A stretch of 64,000 bases of DNA from Nitrospira sp. (GTDB lineage: Bacteria > Nitrospirota > Thermodesulfovibrionia > Thermodesulfovibrionales > SM23-35). Both the position numbers and the translations under genes were made by a program. The notes under the pieces were generated by a model that was given only the letters and a program-made list of their open reading frames with translations, did not search any database and was not told the origin of the DNA. Positions 35,843 to 46,756 of the stretch are shown piece after piece; positions within the stretch are counted from its first letter, which is position 1, and each line of letters begins with the position of its first letter. The DNA lies in assembly GCA_016873615.1 (NCBI GenBank), contig VGWX01000002.1, forward strand, positions 5,101 to 69,100, given 5' to 3'.

Positions 35843-37141
35843 TCATAATGCCCTTTTGTCTATAACCTTTTTTATTTTTCCGTCAAACCTCTCAAGCCTC
35901 TTTTTCTCAACTGGTTTAACCTCGACAGATACGCCGAGTTCCGATGCAAGCCTCGATTTTATCCGTTCAATAAAATCCTTCTGTTTTCTGACCTGATCGA
36001 AAAATATGGACTCAGACACCTCAACGAGAACAGTTAATTCATCAATTGCAGCTTTTCTCTCCAATATTACCTGAAAATGAGGCTCTGTTCCTTCAATCTC
36101 GAACAAGACTGATTCAATTTGAGATGGAAAAACAGTAATCCCCTTTATCTTGATCATGTCATCTGTCCGACCCAGAACCTTGCTCATTTTAACAAACGTC
36201 CTGCCGCAAGGACAGGGTTCTGTTATCAGGCTTGTCAGATCCCTGGTTCTGAACCGTATCACAGGGAATGCTTCTTTGGTCAGGGTGGTTATAACCAGTT
36301 CACCTGTTTTCCCATCAGGCAAGGGATCGAGGGTTTCCGGATCAACAACCTCGATAAGGAAGTGATCTTCATTAATGTGGAGGCCCTTGCGCTCCTGACA
36401 TTCTCCTGCTACTCCCGGACTCATTACTTCACTCAAACCATAGTTGTCAGTCGCAATGATTTTAAGCTTTTCCTGTAATTCATGCCGCATCGCCTCTGAC
36501 CATGGTTCTGCTCCAAAAAGCCCGTATTTTAGAGACATGGAGTTCACATTAATGCCCATCTCGATGATTGTATCAGCTATTGAAAGCGCATGACCCGGGG
36601 TGCACATAAGGGCAGTTGTTTTGAAATCCTGCATTATTTTTACCTGTCGCCTGGTATTGACACTTGAGATGGGGATTACCGAAGCTCCTATGCGTTCTGC
36701 GCCATAATGCAGACCCAATGCGCCGGTAAAAAGTCCATAATCAAACGCAATCTGAACAATATCGTTTTGAGTAACACCCCCTGCCACAAGAATTCTTGCC
36801 GCAAGGTTCGACCAGTTTTTTATGTCATTGCGTGTATAACCGACGGCCGTCGGCATTCCGGTTGTGCCGGAAGACGCCTGAACCCTGACCACCTCTCGCA
36901 GAGGAACCGCAAACATGCCATATGGATAACTCATTCTCAAATCATCTTTTGAAGTGAAAGGAAGCTTATTTACGTCTTCAAGCGACCGGAAGGAGTCAGG
37001 GTCAATTCCCAATTCATCGAATTTCTTCCTGTAAAAAGGAACATTCATGTAAACTCTTAATACCGCGGCCTGAAGCCTCTCAAGCTGTAACTGCTTAAGA
37101 GCTTCTCTGCTGATACATTCTTTTTCACCTTCCCAGTACAT
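35843..37141 (-). CDS. paaK: phenylacetate--CoA ligase family protein (copy 1)
   Basis: 432 aa. LQLERLQ, ASSGTTGMPT AMP-binding P-loop, YGLSE, C-terminal GKIKKVIDKR. Confidence 0.88.
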   Translation of the reverse strand: MYWEGEKECISREALKQLQLERLQAAVLRVYMNVPFYRKKFDELGIDPDSFRSLEDVNKLPFTSKDDLRMSYPYGMFAVPLREVVRVQASSGTTGMPTAVGYTRNDIKNWSNLAARILVAGGVTQNDIVQIAFDYGLFTGALGLHYGAERIGASVIPISSVNTRRQVKIMQDFKTTALMCTPGHALSIADTIIEMGINVNSMSLKYGLFGAEPWSEAMRHELQEKLKIIATDNYGLSEVMSPGVAGECQERKGLHINEDHFLIEVVDPETLDPLPDGKTGELVITTLTKEAFPVIRFRTRDLTSLITEPCPCGRTFVKMSKVLGRTDDMIKIKGITVFPSQIESVLFEIEGTEPHFQVILERKAAIDELTVLVEVSESIFFDQVRKQKDFIERIKSRLASELGVSVEVKPVEKKRLERFDGKIKKVIDKRAL

Positions 37142-37167
37142 AAAGTCCCTCCATTTTATTTATTGAA

Positions 37168-37902
37168 TCAAACCTTATAGTCAACATCCCTGCCTAAATA
37201 GGCTCTCTGGACATCTCTATTTAAAAGCAGGTCTTCTGCAGGACCCTGGAGTAAGATTCTCCCTGTTTCAAGAACATATCCTGTATTTGCAATCCTCAGG
37301 GCGCTCCTCGCGTTCTGTTCAACCAGAAGCACTGTGAGACCATAGGTGTCCCTTAACTCGATGACGTATCTGAATATCTCCTTGATCACTATCGGGGCAA
37401 GCCCCATGCTCGGTTCATCAAGTAAAAGCAGCTTCGGCCTTGCCATTAAAGCGCGTCCGATAGCAAGCATCTGCTGTTCACCGCCTGAAAGGGTCCCTGC
37501 AAGCTGCTTTCTCCGTTTCTGTAAAATAGGAAAGATAGAGTAAATCATCTCCATATCATCCCTGATTTTTGAACGATTTTTCAGGGAATACCAGTGAAAA
37601 GAGCCGAGCAACAAATTATCCTCAACGCTTAACGGCTTAAAAACAAGGCGTCCTTCAGGGACGTGTGAAATCCCATTTTTTACTATAGCATCCGGGCTTT
37701 GTCCGGAGATATCAAGACCATTGAATGCCAGACTTCCGTTGCTTGACCTGATAAGCCCTGATATGGTGTGCAGGAGAGTTGTTTTGCCTGCTCCATTGCC
37801 GCCGATAAGCGTAACAATCTCTCCCTTGTTTACATGAAGGGAGACCCTTTTAATAGTGTGTATCTTGCCGTAATAGACGTCTACATTTTTAAGTATGAGC
37901 AT
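37168..37902 (-). CDS. livF: branched-chain/aromatic amino-acid ABC transporter ATPase (LivF type)
   Basis: Walker A GGNGAGKTT, signature LSGGEQQML, Walker B LLLLDEP. Start at MLILKNVDVYYG (37902). Confidence 0.88.
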   Translation of the reverse strand: MLILKNVDVYYGKIHTIKRVSLHVNKGEIVTLIGGNGAGKTTLLHTISGLIRSSNGSLAFNGLDISGQSPDAIVKNGISHVPEGRLVFKPLSVEDNLLLGSFHWYSLKNRSKIRDDMEMIYSIFPILQKRRKQLAGTLSGGEQQMLAIGRALMARPKLLLLDEPSMGLAPIVIKEIFRYVIELRDTYGLTVLLVEQNARSALRIANTGYVLETGRILLQGPAEDLLLNRDVQRAYLGRDVDYKV

Positions 37903-38677
37903 TGTATCCTCTCTGAATCTCTTCTTCCTCTCCAAGATACGCAACAATTACTTCATGGTTTTTTTGTATTTCAAGGGGTGTGCCTTCAGCTATTACCTCA
38001 CCGAAGTTAAGGACAATTATCGAGTCACTTATACTCATCACAAGGTCCATATCATGTTCGACAAGGACTACAGTGATCTTCAGCTCATCTCTTATTTTCC
38101 TGATAATCTCTCCAAGATTACGTGTTTCCTTTATATTCAAACCTGCGGCAGGTTCATCCAGAAGTACAAGTCGCGGCCCTGTAGCCAGGGCCCTTCCGAT
38201 TTCCAAAGTCCTCTGTTCACCGATTGGAAGATTTGAGGCAGGTTCATCTTTTCTTTGACCAAGATTTATATACTCCAGAATTTCTTCACTTTTACGCTGT
38301 ATTTCCCTTTCTTCTTTCACAACAAAGGGAAGCTTAAATCCTGAAGAAAGAAATCCGGATCTTGTTCTCGCATATTGACCAACCATTATATTCTCAATAA
38401 CAGTCATGTTTCCGAATAACTCTACATGCTGAAAGGTGCGTGAAATACCCTTTCTGGCGATCCTGGCCGGAGCTACGTTAACTAATTTTTCACCTAAAAA
38501 AAATACATCACCTTTATCAGGCTGATGGATACCGCTCACAATATTGAGCAAGGTGGTTTTACCCGCGCCATTTGGCCCTATAAGCGCCTTAATATCTCCT
38601 TCTATGACGTCAAAACTGACATTTCTCAGGGCCATAAGTCCCCCGAAACTCATCCATATCTCTTTAATGTTTAGCAA
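37889..38677 (-). CDS. livG: amino-acid ABC transporter ATPase (LivG type)
   Basis: GPNGAGKTT, LPIGEQRTLEIGRAL, LVLLDEPAAGL, C-terminal AYLG. Confidence 0.88.
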   Translation of the reverse strand: MLNIKEIWMSFGGLMALRNVSFDVIEGDIKALIGPNGAGKTTLLNIVSGIHQPDKGDVFFLGEKLVNVAPARIARKGISRTFQHVELFGNMTVIENIMVGQYARTRSGFLSSGFKLPFVVKEEREIQRKSEEILEYINLGQRKDEPASNLPIGEQRTLEIGRALATGPRLVLLDEPAAGLNIKETRNLGEIIRKIRDELKITVVLVEHDMDLVMSISDSIIVLNFGEVIAEGTPLEIQKNHEVIVAYLGEEEEIQRGYNAHT

Positions 38678-39614
38678 CAGCGAACTCTCTCAATTTCTTT
38701 ATTTTTTCGATCAGGATCGGGACTATTCCCTTTCTGAAAAACATGAGGGATAACGTCAGGATCAAACCATACACCAGCACATCCAATTCTTCAAATCTTC
38801 TCAACAGCTCCGGCAACACCGTAATCACCACAGCTCCGATGACAGCGCCCCACAGGTTCGTAATCCCTCCGACAATTACCATCATGAGGACTAATATCGA
38901 GTAAAATAACGAAAAACTGCTCGGACTGATGAATGTCACATAATGTGCATAGAGACTGCCGGCCAATGACGCATATACCGCGCTAAGGATAAAAACTTTT
39001 ATTTTGAGTGCAGTGACATTCAGCCCCATCGCATTACATGCCATATCACTGTCGTGGATAGCCCTCAATGCCCTTCCTGTCCCTGAGTTAATTAAATTTA
39101 TGGAGAAGAGCATTACAACAGCAACAAGACCCCATATCAGATAAAAATAGCCTGTTGTTGAACCTATTGTATAACCTAAAAGGCCGAAATGGGGGATATC
39201 TCCGAAACCTGACGGACCACCCGGGCCCCATTCATTCAGGATTATATAGATGATTTCGCCAAAACCAAGGGTGGCTACTGCCAGGTAATGCCCTTTCAAT
39301 CTAAGGGCAGGGACTGCCAGAATCATTGCTGCAACGGCAGCAACAATCATTGCGCATATCACACTGATAACTATCGGAAGCCCTGCATGCACGCTTAATA
39401 TCGATGAGATATAAGCGCCGATCCCGTAAAACCCTGCCTGCCCTAAAGATACTTGCCCTGCATATCCCATAAGTATGCATAACCCTATGGCTACCAGGGC
39501 GTTTATTCCGGAGAATATTCCTACAGTAATGGTATAGGTGCTGCCTGAGATAACAGGCAAGAGGATAATGAGAAGTATAAAGATCAGGAAAGATAATAAA
39601 TCCCCTTTTTTCAT
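38664..39614 (-). CDS. livM: amino-acid ABC transporter permease (LivM type)
   Basis: 316 aa polytopic. GYAGQVSLGQAGFYGIGAY motif. Confidence 0.85.
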   Translation of the reverse strand: MKKGDLLSFLIFILLIILLPVISGSTYTITVGIFSGINALVAIGLCILMGYAGQVSLGQAGFYGIGAYISSILSVHAGLPIVISVICAMIVAAVAAMILAVPALRLKGHYLAVATLGFGEIIYIILNEWGPGGPSGFGDIPHFGLLGYTIGSTTGYFYLIWGLVAVVMLFSINLINSGTGRALRAIHDSDMACNAMGLNVTALKIKVFILSAVYASLAGSLYAHYVTFISPSSFSLFYSILVLMMVIVGGITNLWGAVIGAVVITVLPELLRRFEELDVLVYGLILTLSLMFFRKGIVPILIEKIKKLREFAVAKH

Positions 39615-39617
39615 GTG

Positions 39618-40505
39618 CTAAAACTTTCGCAACTGATGCATTGCTTTACTGACAAATATTCCGGCAGGCTTAAAAAAAAGGATTAACAGAAGAATGATTA
39701 AAGCTACTGCATCCTTCAGCCCTGAATGTATGTATCCCGCGGTCATGGATTCGAGGATGCCGATGATAAATCCGCCGATAACCGCGCCTCTGTTTGTGCC
39801 AAGACCTCCCATTATTGCCGCACAAAACCCCTTTACCGCAAGCATGGGACCTTTGTCATATTCCATAAGGGAAATAGGAGTTATCGCCATGCCTCCAATT
39901 GCGCCTACCACAGCGCTTAAAACAAAGGATAACATGACCATTCTGGATACATTGATTCCAACCAGTTTAGCTGCAGTAGGATTCACTGCACAGGCGAGCA
40001 TTGCCTTCCCGACCATTGTCTTTTTAAAGAAGAAAAACAATAAAATGATACAGAAACCGGTAATGCCTATTACCCATAGTGTCTGTTGCTGAATAATTGC
40101 CCCATAGATACTCAAAGGTTCTCCTTCTGTAAAGGAAGGGTAAACATAGGGATCTTTGCCGAAAGCAAACATTAAAATCCCGCGCAACACGATTGAAACT
40201 GCTATGGTAATCATGATCATCAATAACAGATCCGGATTTTTTAAAGGCTTTATAGTCAGTCTTTCCATTAAAAGCCCTACAATACCTGCGGAAATAATAG
40301 TGAACGCAACAGATACAAGGAATGGGAGTTTAAGTGATTCGGCAAAAAACCACATCATGAGCCCGCCTATCACGACAAATTCACCCTGGGCAAGGTTTAT
40401 GATAGAAGTGGCATTATATGTGATATTAAAGCCTATGCCAACTAAGGCATAAACAGCCCCGACGGTAAGACCGGAAAAAAGGAATTGTAAAAAGACTGTA
40501 AGCAA
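39618..40505 (-). CDS. livH: amino-acid ABC transporter permease (LivH type)
   Basis: 295 aa polytopic. INLAQGEFVVIGG motif. Confidence 0.85.
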   Translation of the reverse strand: MLTVFLQFLFSGLTVGAVYALVGIGFNITYNATSIINLAQGEFVVIGGLMMWFFAESLKLPFLVSVAFTIISAGIVGLLMERLTIKPLKNPDLLLMIMITIAVSIVLRGILMFAFGKDPYVYPSFTEGEPLSIYGAIIQQQTLWVIGITGFCIILLFFFFKKTMVGKAMLACAVNPTAAKLVGINVSRMVMLSFVLSAVVGAIGGMAITPISLMEYDKGPMLAVKGFCAAIMGGLGTNRGAVIGGFIIGILESMTAGYIHSGLKDAVALIILLLILFFKPAGIFVSKAMHQLRKF

Positions 40506-40572
40506 ATTGTGATATTTCCTGAAGAGAATTGAGGGGATGTTGCCATCCCCTCAATTGTTCAATCATTTATTT

Positions 40573-41733
40573 TTATTTCAGAATTTCCCAATCGCCGTTT
40601 TTCACTACCACCATCTCAAAGGCGGTCTTGTCTAAACCGCAATGGTCATCCTTCGACATATTAAAAATACCGCCTGTCCCGGGCCATTTCTGGATATTCG
40701 TCTCTATATAATCCCTGATCTTCTTTTTATCAGGCCCTACTTTTTTCAATGCTTCAACTATCATCATAATGGCATCATACGCATGTCCGCCAAACGTGCC
40801 CGGCTCGCTCTTGTATAATGCCTCATAATCCTGTGTATATTTTTTCAATAAAGCTTTCTGGGGGTGCTTATCAGGGAGCTTATCCCATACAACCAATCTT
40901 CCGAGCGGCGCAATGACTCCTTCAGCAGCCTTTCCTGCAAGTTCTATGTTTTTCTTGCTTCCCCAGCCGTGGCTTTGATAGAGTGGGATTCCCATTTTAA
41001 GCGCCTGCCAGTTTTTCGTCACAACTACCTGACCCGGCCCTACCGACCAGTTGATCACTGCCTGGGCGCCTGCTGCCTTAATTTTGGTAAGCTGTGTCGT
41101 CATATCTGAATCTTTTGGCCCGTATTTCTCTTCTGCAACAATAGTAATGCCATATTTGGGAGCTATTTCAAGGAGCGCCTTTTTCCCGGCATCGCCAAAG
41201 CCTGTGGATATAGTGATAATTCCGATCTTGCTTATGCCCTGCTTTTTCATATACCCATAGATTGCTTCTACTGCGCTGATATCATACTGAGGTGTTTTGA
41301 AAATCCAGGTGCGATCTTTTACCGGCTGGGTTATTGGAGCTCCGGCTGCGCATGAAAGAAGCGGAGTAGCAGCGGTGTTCATAATCGGGACTAATGCCAT
41401 TGATTCACCTGTTGTAGACGGCCCTACAATAGCCAGCACCTTATCATTTTCAAGAAGTTTTTTGGCAGAGAGAACAGCCTGTGTTTCATCACTCTTTGTG
41501 TCCTCAATAATAATTTCCAGAGGATGTCCGTTTATACCACCCGCTTTATTGATCTGATCCTTAAGCATTACTGCGGTATTTTTTTCAGGTTCTCCCAAAA
41601 AAGAAGCAGGCCCGGTTACCGCAAAAAGAGCTCCTATTCTATAGGGTTCTTTTGCGTATGCATTCACGAATAAGAAAAAAACAGATAATGCTGCTACCAA
41701 AACTACGAGAAATCTTTTCGGCGCTTTTTCCAT
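40573..41733 (-). CDS. periplasmic amino-acid-binding protein (Leu/Ile/Val-binding family fold)
   Basis: 386 aa. Signal peptide, YRIGALFAVTGPASFLG, type-I PBP layout. Confidence 0.82.
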   Translation of the reverse strand: MEKAPKRFLVVLVAALSVFFLFVNAYAKEPYRIGALFAVTGPASFLGEPEKNTAVMLKDQINKAGGINGHPLEIIIEDTKSDETQAVLSAKKLLENDKVLAIVGPSTTGESMALVPIMNTAATPLLSCAAGAPITQPVKDRTWIFKTPQYDISAVEAIYGYMKKQGISKIGIITISTGFGDAGKKALLEIAPKYGITIVAEEKYGPKDSDMTTQLTKIKAAGAQAVINWSVGPGQVVVTKNWQALKMGIPLYQSHGWGSKKNIELAGKAAEGVIAPLGRLVVWDKLPDKHPQKALLKKYTQDYEALYKSEPGTFGGHAYDAIMMIVEALKKVGPDKKKIRDYIETNIQKWPGTGGIFNMSKDDHCGLDKTAFEMVVVKNGDWEILK

Positions 41734-41794
41734 GATCTCCTCCCTTAGTTGAATTATTCGGGGATTGATTCTCCCCGGTTTCTAAAAAATTTCT

Positions 41795-42226
41795 TCACAG
41801 CGCGGAGAGTTCTTCTCCTCCCAGTATCCTTACACCCGCCTGCTGCAATATGTCAACAGACTTCTCAAACTCATCAAAACGGAAGATAACAATAGCATTT
41901 TCTCCGCTCTTTTCGACAAAGGCATACATATATTCTACGTTTATCCCTTCATCTTTTATGGTGTTCAGAATACTTGAGAGTCCTCCAGGTCTATCCGGCA
42001 CTTCAATTGCAACAACCCTCGTTTTCTCAACAGTAAAACCATTCTCTTTTAAAGCCTGCCGTGCCTTCTCCGTTTCATTCACAATAAGTCTCAATATCCC
42101 GAAATCAGCTGTATCGGCAAGATAAAGAGCCCTTATATTTATTCCTGCTTCAGATAAAACAGATGTTACCTCGGCAAGCCTCCCTGACTTGTTCTCAAGA
42201 AATATGGATATCTGTTCAACATTCAT
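41795..42226 (-). CDS. tandem ACT-domain protein (copy 1)
   Basis: 143 aa. ISIFLENKSGRLAEVTSVLSEAGINIRAL and a second ACT ([28 protein letters not shown]). Confidence 0.8.
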   Translation of the reverse strand: MNVEQISIFLENKSGRLAEVTSVLSEAGINIRALYLADTADFGILRLIVNETEKARQALKENGFTVEKTRVVAIEVPDRPGGLSSILNTIKDEGINVEYMYAFVEKSGENAIVIFRFDEFEKSVDILQQAGVRILGGEELSAL

Positions 42227-42983
42227 ATTCCACCTTATTAAGAAACATGGATATAAAGATTATCACATATTGGAGCAAGAAAACAATACATTGTACTGCG
42301 GATGTTTATGACGTGAGAAGCCGGAAGTGCTGTTGATTTGCTTGAGCAACGGATTTTATACAGTTATCGTTATACTTTTCCCATTCAACAAAGCTTGTTA
42401 ATAAACTGTCAGTAAAATGGTTTATCCCTTTTGCCGATTATTGAAATTTGAAGGCTCTCATCACTATGCCTAAATTTCAGTCAGAGAATATTTGCTTTAA
42501 ATTCATTGCATTACAGATATATTGCTGGTTTTGCAGGGAAAATTGTTTTTTGACATTCGTAAGATCAATACTATAAAGGCTTTAATGAATATCATGTTAA
42601 TAAACTTATGGATATCCCTGTATTTACTTGCTTTGCTAAGGTTGCATTTATTCGATTAGTAGTTATTTAAAAAAATACAAGAAAGAGATTTTAAATCCTG
42701 CGATGTACGAATAACCTAACGTCACGATAATCTCCCGTCCTGCAAAATTACTCCATGAAAAGAGTATTTCTCCTATGACCCTGCCAGTCTTTTGCGATAT
42801 GTCATTGAAATCGAATGTTGTACGCTTATGACCAGGATTACAGGTTATTTGCAGGAAATTTTAAATATATGATAGAATTATAAAATTTTTTGTACGTATA
42901 TCCGGTTTATTGTTTTGCTGATATCAAATATACAAGTTTTTCAAAATCTTTGGTTGGAATCAACCACGAATTAAAGAAGGACA

Positions 42984-43571
42984 ATGGAAATTACAAACGT
43001 GCTTTTTTCAGGAGTAGGAGGACAGGGAATTATCCTTGCAAGTAAAATCCTAACCAAATGTGCCTTTGATTCAGGATACATGGTAAAAGAAAGCGAACTG
43101 CATGGCATGGCACAAAGAGGGGGGAGCGTCACAAGCCATGTGCGTTTCGGGGAAGAAGTCTACTCCCCTCTGATCCATAAGGGAAAAGCTGATTTTCTCG
43201 TAGCGCTGGAAGAACTGGAAGGCTTGCGATATGCCTTTTATCTTAAACCGGATGGAAAGGTAATCCTCAACCAGAAAAGGGTGGTGCCTTCCTCTATTAA
43301 TCCGGCTGTTGCCCCATATCCTGAAGACGTAAAACATCAATTGGAGCATATGGGTTTTCACGTGGATAGCGTAAATGCTTTTGAAATCGCAAACAATCTG
43401 GGGAACCCCAAACTGGACAATATTATTGTAATGGGAATTCTTTCCCGGTACCTGCCTTTCACTATCTCTACATGGGAAACGGTAATAAAAGAATCCGTGC
43501 CGGTAAAGACAATTGAGATTAACCTTGTTGCATTCGGCAAAGGGAGAGAGATAGCAGAGGGTAAAACATAA
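42984..43571 (+). CDS. iorB: indolepyruvate:ferredoxin oxidoreductase beta subunit
   Basis: 195 aa. GVGGQGIILASKIL, ESELHGMAQRGGSV. Confidence 0.85.
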   Translation: MEITNVLFSGVGGQGIILASKILTKCAFDSGYMVKESELHGMAQRGGSVTSHVRFGEEVYSPLIHKGKADFLVALEELEGLRYAFYLKPDGKVILNQKRVVPSSINPAVAPYPEDVKHQLEHMGFHVDSVNAFEIANNLGNPKLDNIIVMGILSRYLPFTISTWETVIKESVPVKTIEINLVAFGKGREIAEGKT

Positions 43572-43573
43572 CA

Positions 43574-44866
43574 ATGTTCTGGCAAAAGGATATCGAAGCA
43601 CTCAGTCGCAAGGCTCTGGAAGAATTGCAGTTGAAAAGGTTGAAACAGACTGCCCATCGGGCCTGCAAAAATATACCGTTCTACAAAGAGCGCTTTTCAA
43701 AATTAAATATTAAACCAAACGATATCACCTCCTTAAAAGACATTCAGAGACTTCCTTTTACCACCAGAGAAGATTTGCGTGAAAACTACCCTTATGGTAT
43801 GCTCGCTGTCTCAAAAGAACAGGTTGTGCGTCTGCATACGTCAAGCGGGACTACCGGAAAGCCTAAGGCGATCTTTTTTTCAAAAAAGGACGTTGACCGG
43901 GCTGCTGAACTCATTGCACGCTGTCTTATTATGACAGGAATAAAAAAAGACGATGTGCTCCAGAACATGATGACCTACGGATTATTTACCGGCGCGCTTG
44001 TCATGCATTATGGCGCAGAGAAAGTTGGAGTATTGGTAATCCCTGCAGGCCCCGGCAATACGAAGAGACAGATTGCGCTTATGCAGGATTTTAAAACTAC
44101 TACCCTCCATCTCACTCCGAGTTATGCGCTCTATCTTGCAAGCGTTATGGGCAATGAAGGACTGGTTCCAAGAAGAGACTTATCTCTCCGGAGGGCATAT
44201 CTGGGGTCTGAACCATATTCTGAAGAAACGAGGGATAAGATTGAAAAATTCTTTGGCATTGATGTATATAATTCTTACGGTTTATCTGAAATGAATGGTC
44301 CGGGAGTTGCATTTGAATGTGTTAATAAAAATGGGATGCATCTATGGGAAGATAATTTTATTATGGAGATAATCGATCCCGATACAGGTAAAAAACTGCC
44401 TGAAGGGGAAAAGGGTGAACTTGTTCTCACTACATTATGCCGCGAAGCAATGCCTATCCTTCGTTACCGCACAAGAGATATCGTCATGATAATTCCCGGC
44501 AAATGCAAATGCGGAAGAACACACCGCAGGATTTCCCGCATCATAGGCAGATCAGACGATATGATTATCATACGCGGCGTAAACATCTTCCCTCAGCAGA
44601 TCGAGCGGGTCTTAATGGGCATCAAAGCAGTAGCACAGAATTATCAGATCGTCCTTGAGGCCTACGACCAGATGACTGTGAGAGTGGAAATATCAAAAGA
44701 CCTTTTCGATGGGAGAGTGGAGCATTTAGTAAATCTGCAAAACGAGATAACTGAAAAATTACGCTCTGAACTCCTGGTAAAACCAAAAGTAGAACTCCTG
44801 GAACCAGGCACACTGCCGGTAAGTGAAGGAAAATCAACAAGGGTTATTGATAAGAGAACGCTGTAA
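43574..44866 (+). CDS. paaK: phenylacetate--CoA ligase family protein (copy 2)
   Basis: 430 aa. [32 protein letters not shown]. Confidence 0.88.
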   Translation: MFWQKDIEALSRKALEELQLKRLKQTAHRACKNIPFYKERFSKLNIKPNDITSLKDIQRLPFTTREDLRENYPYGMLAVSKEQVVRLHTSSGTTGKPKAIFFSKKDVDRAAELIARCLIMTGIKKDDVLQNMMTYGLFTGALVMHYGAEKVGVLVIPAGPGNTKRQIALMQDFKTTTLHLTPSYALYLASVMGNEGLVPRRDLSLRRAYLGSEPYSEETRDKIEKFFGIDVYNSYGLSEMNGPGVAFECVNKNGMHLWEDNFIMEIIDPDTGKKLPEGEKGELVLTTLCREAMPILRYRTRDIVMIIPGKCKCGRTHRRISRIIGRSDDMIIIRGVNIFPQQIERVLMGIKAVAQNYQIVLEAYDQMTVRVEISKDLFDGRVEHLVNLQNEITEKLRSELLVKPKVELLEPGTLPVSEGKSTRVIDKRTL

Positions 44867-44885
44867 TAAATAAAAGGAGTGTCAT

Positions 44886-45329
44886 ATGGAAGAGTTAAAG
44901 CAGCTTTCCATCTTTTCTGAGAACAAGCCCGGCAGACTCAAGAAAATAACAAAGGTTCTCGCAGAAGAAGGCGTGAACATACTTGCAATCAATATTGCGA
45001 GTTCAAACGGGTTCGGTGTGTTAAAGTTTATTGTTGATAAATGTGACCTGGCCTATCAAAAACTCAAACAAAAGGGTTTTACCGTCTCTCTCAATGAAGT
45101 GCTGGCAATTGAACTGGTAGACAAGCCCGGAGGATTATGTGAAGTCGCCACGATTTTATCGAAAAAAAGAATCAATATAGAGAACGCTTATGTATTGATT
45201 CTGGAATCCAGAAAAAAGGCCTTCTTAATTGTAGATACGAATGATATCGAAAAGGCAAAAAAACTTTTAAAGCATGAAAATCTGCGTTTTTTTACCGCAA
45301 AGAAAAATATAAAAAGAAAGGCAAAATGA
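44886..45329 (+). CDS. tandem ACT-domain protein (copy 2)
   Basis: 147 aa. LSIFSENKPGRLKKITKVLAEEGVNILAI and LVDKPGGLCEVATILSKKRINIENAY. Confidence 0.8.
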   Translation: MEELKQLSIFSENKPGRLKKITKVLAEEGVNILAINIASSNGFGVLKFIVDKCDLAYQKLKQKGFTVSLNEVLAIELVDKPGGLCEVATILSKKRINIENAYVLILESRKKAFLIVDTNDIEKAKKLLKHENLRFFTAKKNIKRKAK

Positions 45330-45409
45330 AACCACAGAGAACACAGACGGGGAAAGACGCATGTTATTTTAATATTGATATTAATATGTTCTCTGTGACC
45401 TCTGTGGTT
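45330..45409. repeat. MITE-like inverted-repeat element, AACCACAGAG family (copy 2, 80 bp)
   Basis: AACCACAGAGAACACAGACGG (45330-45350) and GTTCTCTGTGACCTCTGTGGTT (45388-45409) flank an AT-rich palindrome (TTTTAATATTGATATTAATAT). Starts directly after the ACT stop codon. Confidence 0.7.
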
Positions 45410-45446
45410 AATTTTTTATAATATGGTAAACGTGAAGGAGAGAAAG

Positions 45447-46745
45447 ATGATCTGGAATAAAGAAGCAGAGGGCATGCGCATTGGGGAAAGGGAGAAACTG
45501 CAGCTCGAAAGACTGAAAACAAGCCTTGGGCGGGCATATAAAAATGTTCCCTATTACAAAAAACGGTTTGATGAAATGAAAGTCAAACCCGGAGACATAA
45601 AAAGCCTGAAAGACATTAAAAAACTCCCTTTCACTACAAAAACCGATTTAAGAGAAGGGTATCCTTTTGGATTATTTGCAGTTCCCTGTAAAAAAATAAT
45701 AGAGGTGCATACTTCGTCCGGAACTACCGGAAAGCCGACGGTATCCGGATACACAAGGAAGGACATAGAAATCTGGGGCGAGGTGATGGCGCGTGCCCTC
45801 ACCATGTGCGGAGCGTCAAAAGACTCTATTATTCAAAATGGCTATGGCTATGGCTTATTTACAGGGGGGCTCGGTGTGCACTACGGAGGTCAAACAATCG
45901 GGGCAACGGTAGTCCCCGTGTCTGCGGGGCAGACCAAAAGACACCTCGATATTATGCAGGACTTCGGGTCCACAATCCTCACCTGCACGCCTTCTTACGC
46001 GCTGTATTTAACCGAGGCGGTTGAAGAAGCGGGCATAAATATAAAGAGGTTAAAACTTAAGGCAGGTTGCTTTGGCGCTGAGGTATGGACCGACAGGATG
46101 CGGGATGAAATCGAGAAAAGGTTTCATCTTATTGCTCTCAATATTTACGGACTGACTGAAATAATCGGACCCGGCGTTGCGCAGGAATGTGACCAGAAAA
46201 ACGGCCTCCACATTTGCGAAGACCACTTTTACCCTGAAGTTGTCTCTCCTGAGACTTTGGAGCCCCTTCCGGAAGGAGAAAAGGGAGAACTGGTTCTCAC
46301 TACATTAACCCGCGAGGGTATGCCCATGATCCGTTTCAGGACCAGGGATATAACCACCTTAAGAAGAGAACGCTGCAAATGCGGAAGAACTCTCGTACGG
46401 ATGGACCGGATAACCGGACGCACAGATGACATGTTAAAGATAAGGGGAGTTCTTATCTTTCCTTCCCAGATAGAAAAAGCGCTCCTTGAGGTCAAAGGGG
46501 TAGAACCGCATTATCAGATTATCGTAACCCGACCGCAGCACCTTGATGAAATAGAGGTTCAGGTCGAGACTTCAAAGAAGATATTCTCGGATGAAGTGAA
46601 GCAGCTTGAGGAAGTGAAGAAAAAGATAGAAAAGCATATTGAAAATTCAATCGGGTTGAGGGTGAAGGTTACTCTGGTTGAACCGAAGACCCTTCCGCGC
46701 AGTGAAGGCAAGGCTAAGAGGGTTATAGACAAACGTCAATTATAA
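45447..46745 (+). CDS. paaK: phenylacetate--CoA ligase family protein (copy 3)
   Basis: MIWNKEAEG...LQLERLK aligns with the N-termini of copies 1 and 2. AAGGAGAG RBS before 45447 (the ORF opens at 45423). [25 protein letters not shown]. Confidence 0.88.
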   Translation: MIWNKEAEGMRIGEREKLQLERLKTSLGRAYKNVPYYKKRFDEMKVKPGDIKSLKDIKKLPFTTKTDLREGYPFGLFAVPCKKIIEVHTSSGTTGKPTVSGYTRKDIEIWGEVMARALTMCGASKDSIIQNGYGYGLFTGGLGVHYGGQTIGATVVPVSAGQTKRHLDIMQDFGSTILTCTPSYALYLTEAVEEAGINIKRLKLKAGCFGAEVWTDRMRDEIEKRFHLIALNIYGLTEIIGPGVAQECDQKNGLHICEDHFYPEVVSPETLEPLPEGEKGELVLTTLTREGMPMIRFRTRDITTLRRERCKCGRTLVRMDRITGRTDDMLKIRGVLIFPSQIEKALLEVKGVEPHYQIIVTRPQHLDEIEVQVETSKKIFSDEVKQLEEVKKKIEKHIENSIGLRVKVTLVEPKTLPRSEGKAKRVIDKRQL

Positions 46746-46756
46746 AGGAGAGTGCC

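Noticed and set aside
35766-35996. 76-aa plus-strand ORF at the porin/paaK junction
   Set aside because: It overlaps the 3' end of paaK copy 1 on the opposite strand and is a hydrophobic, low-complexity translation. It is most likely a shadow ORF.
42227-42983. Sigma-54 (-24/-12) promoter or enhancer sites in the long divergent region
   Set aside because: GG and GC dinucleotides at the required 10-nt spacing with a TGGCAC/TTGC context were not found by eye.
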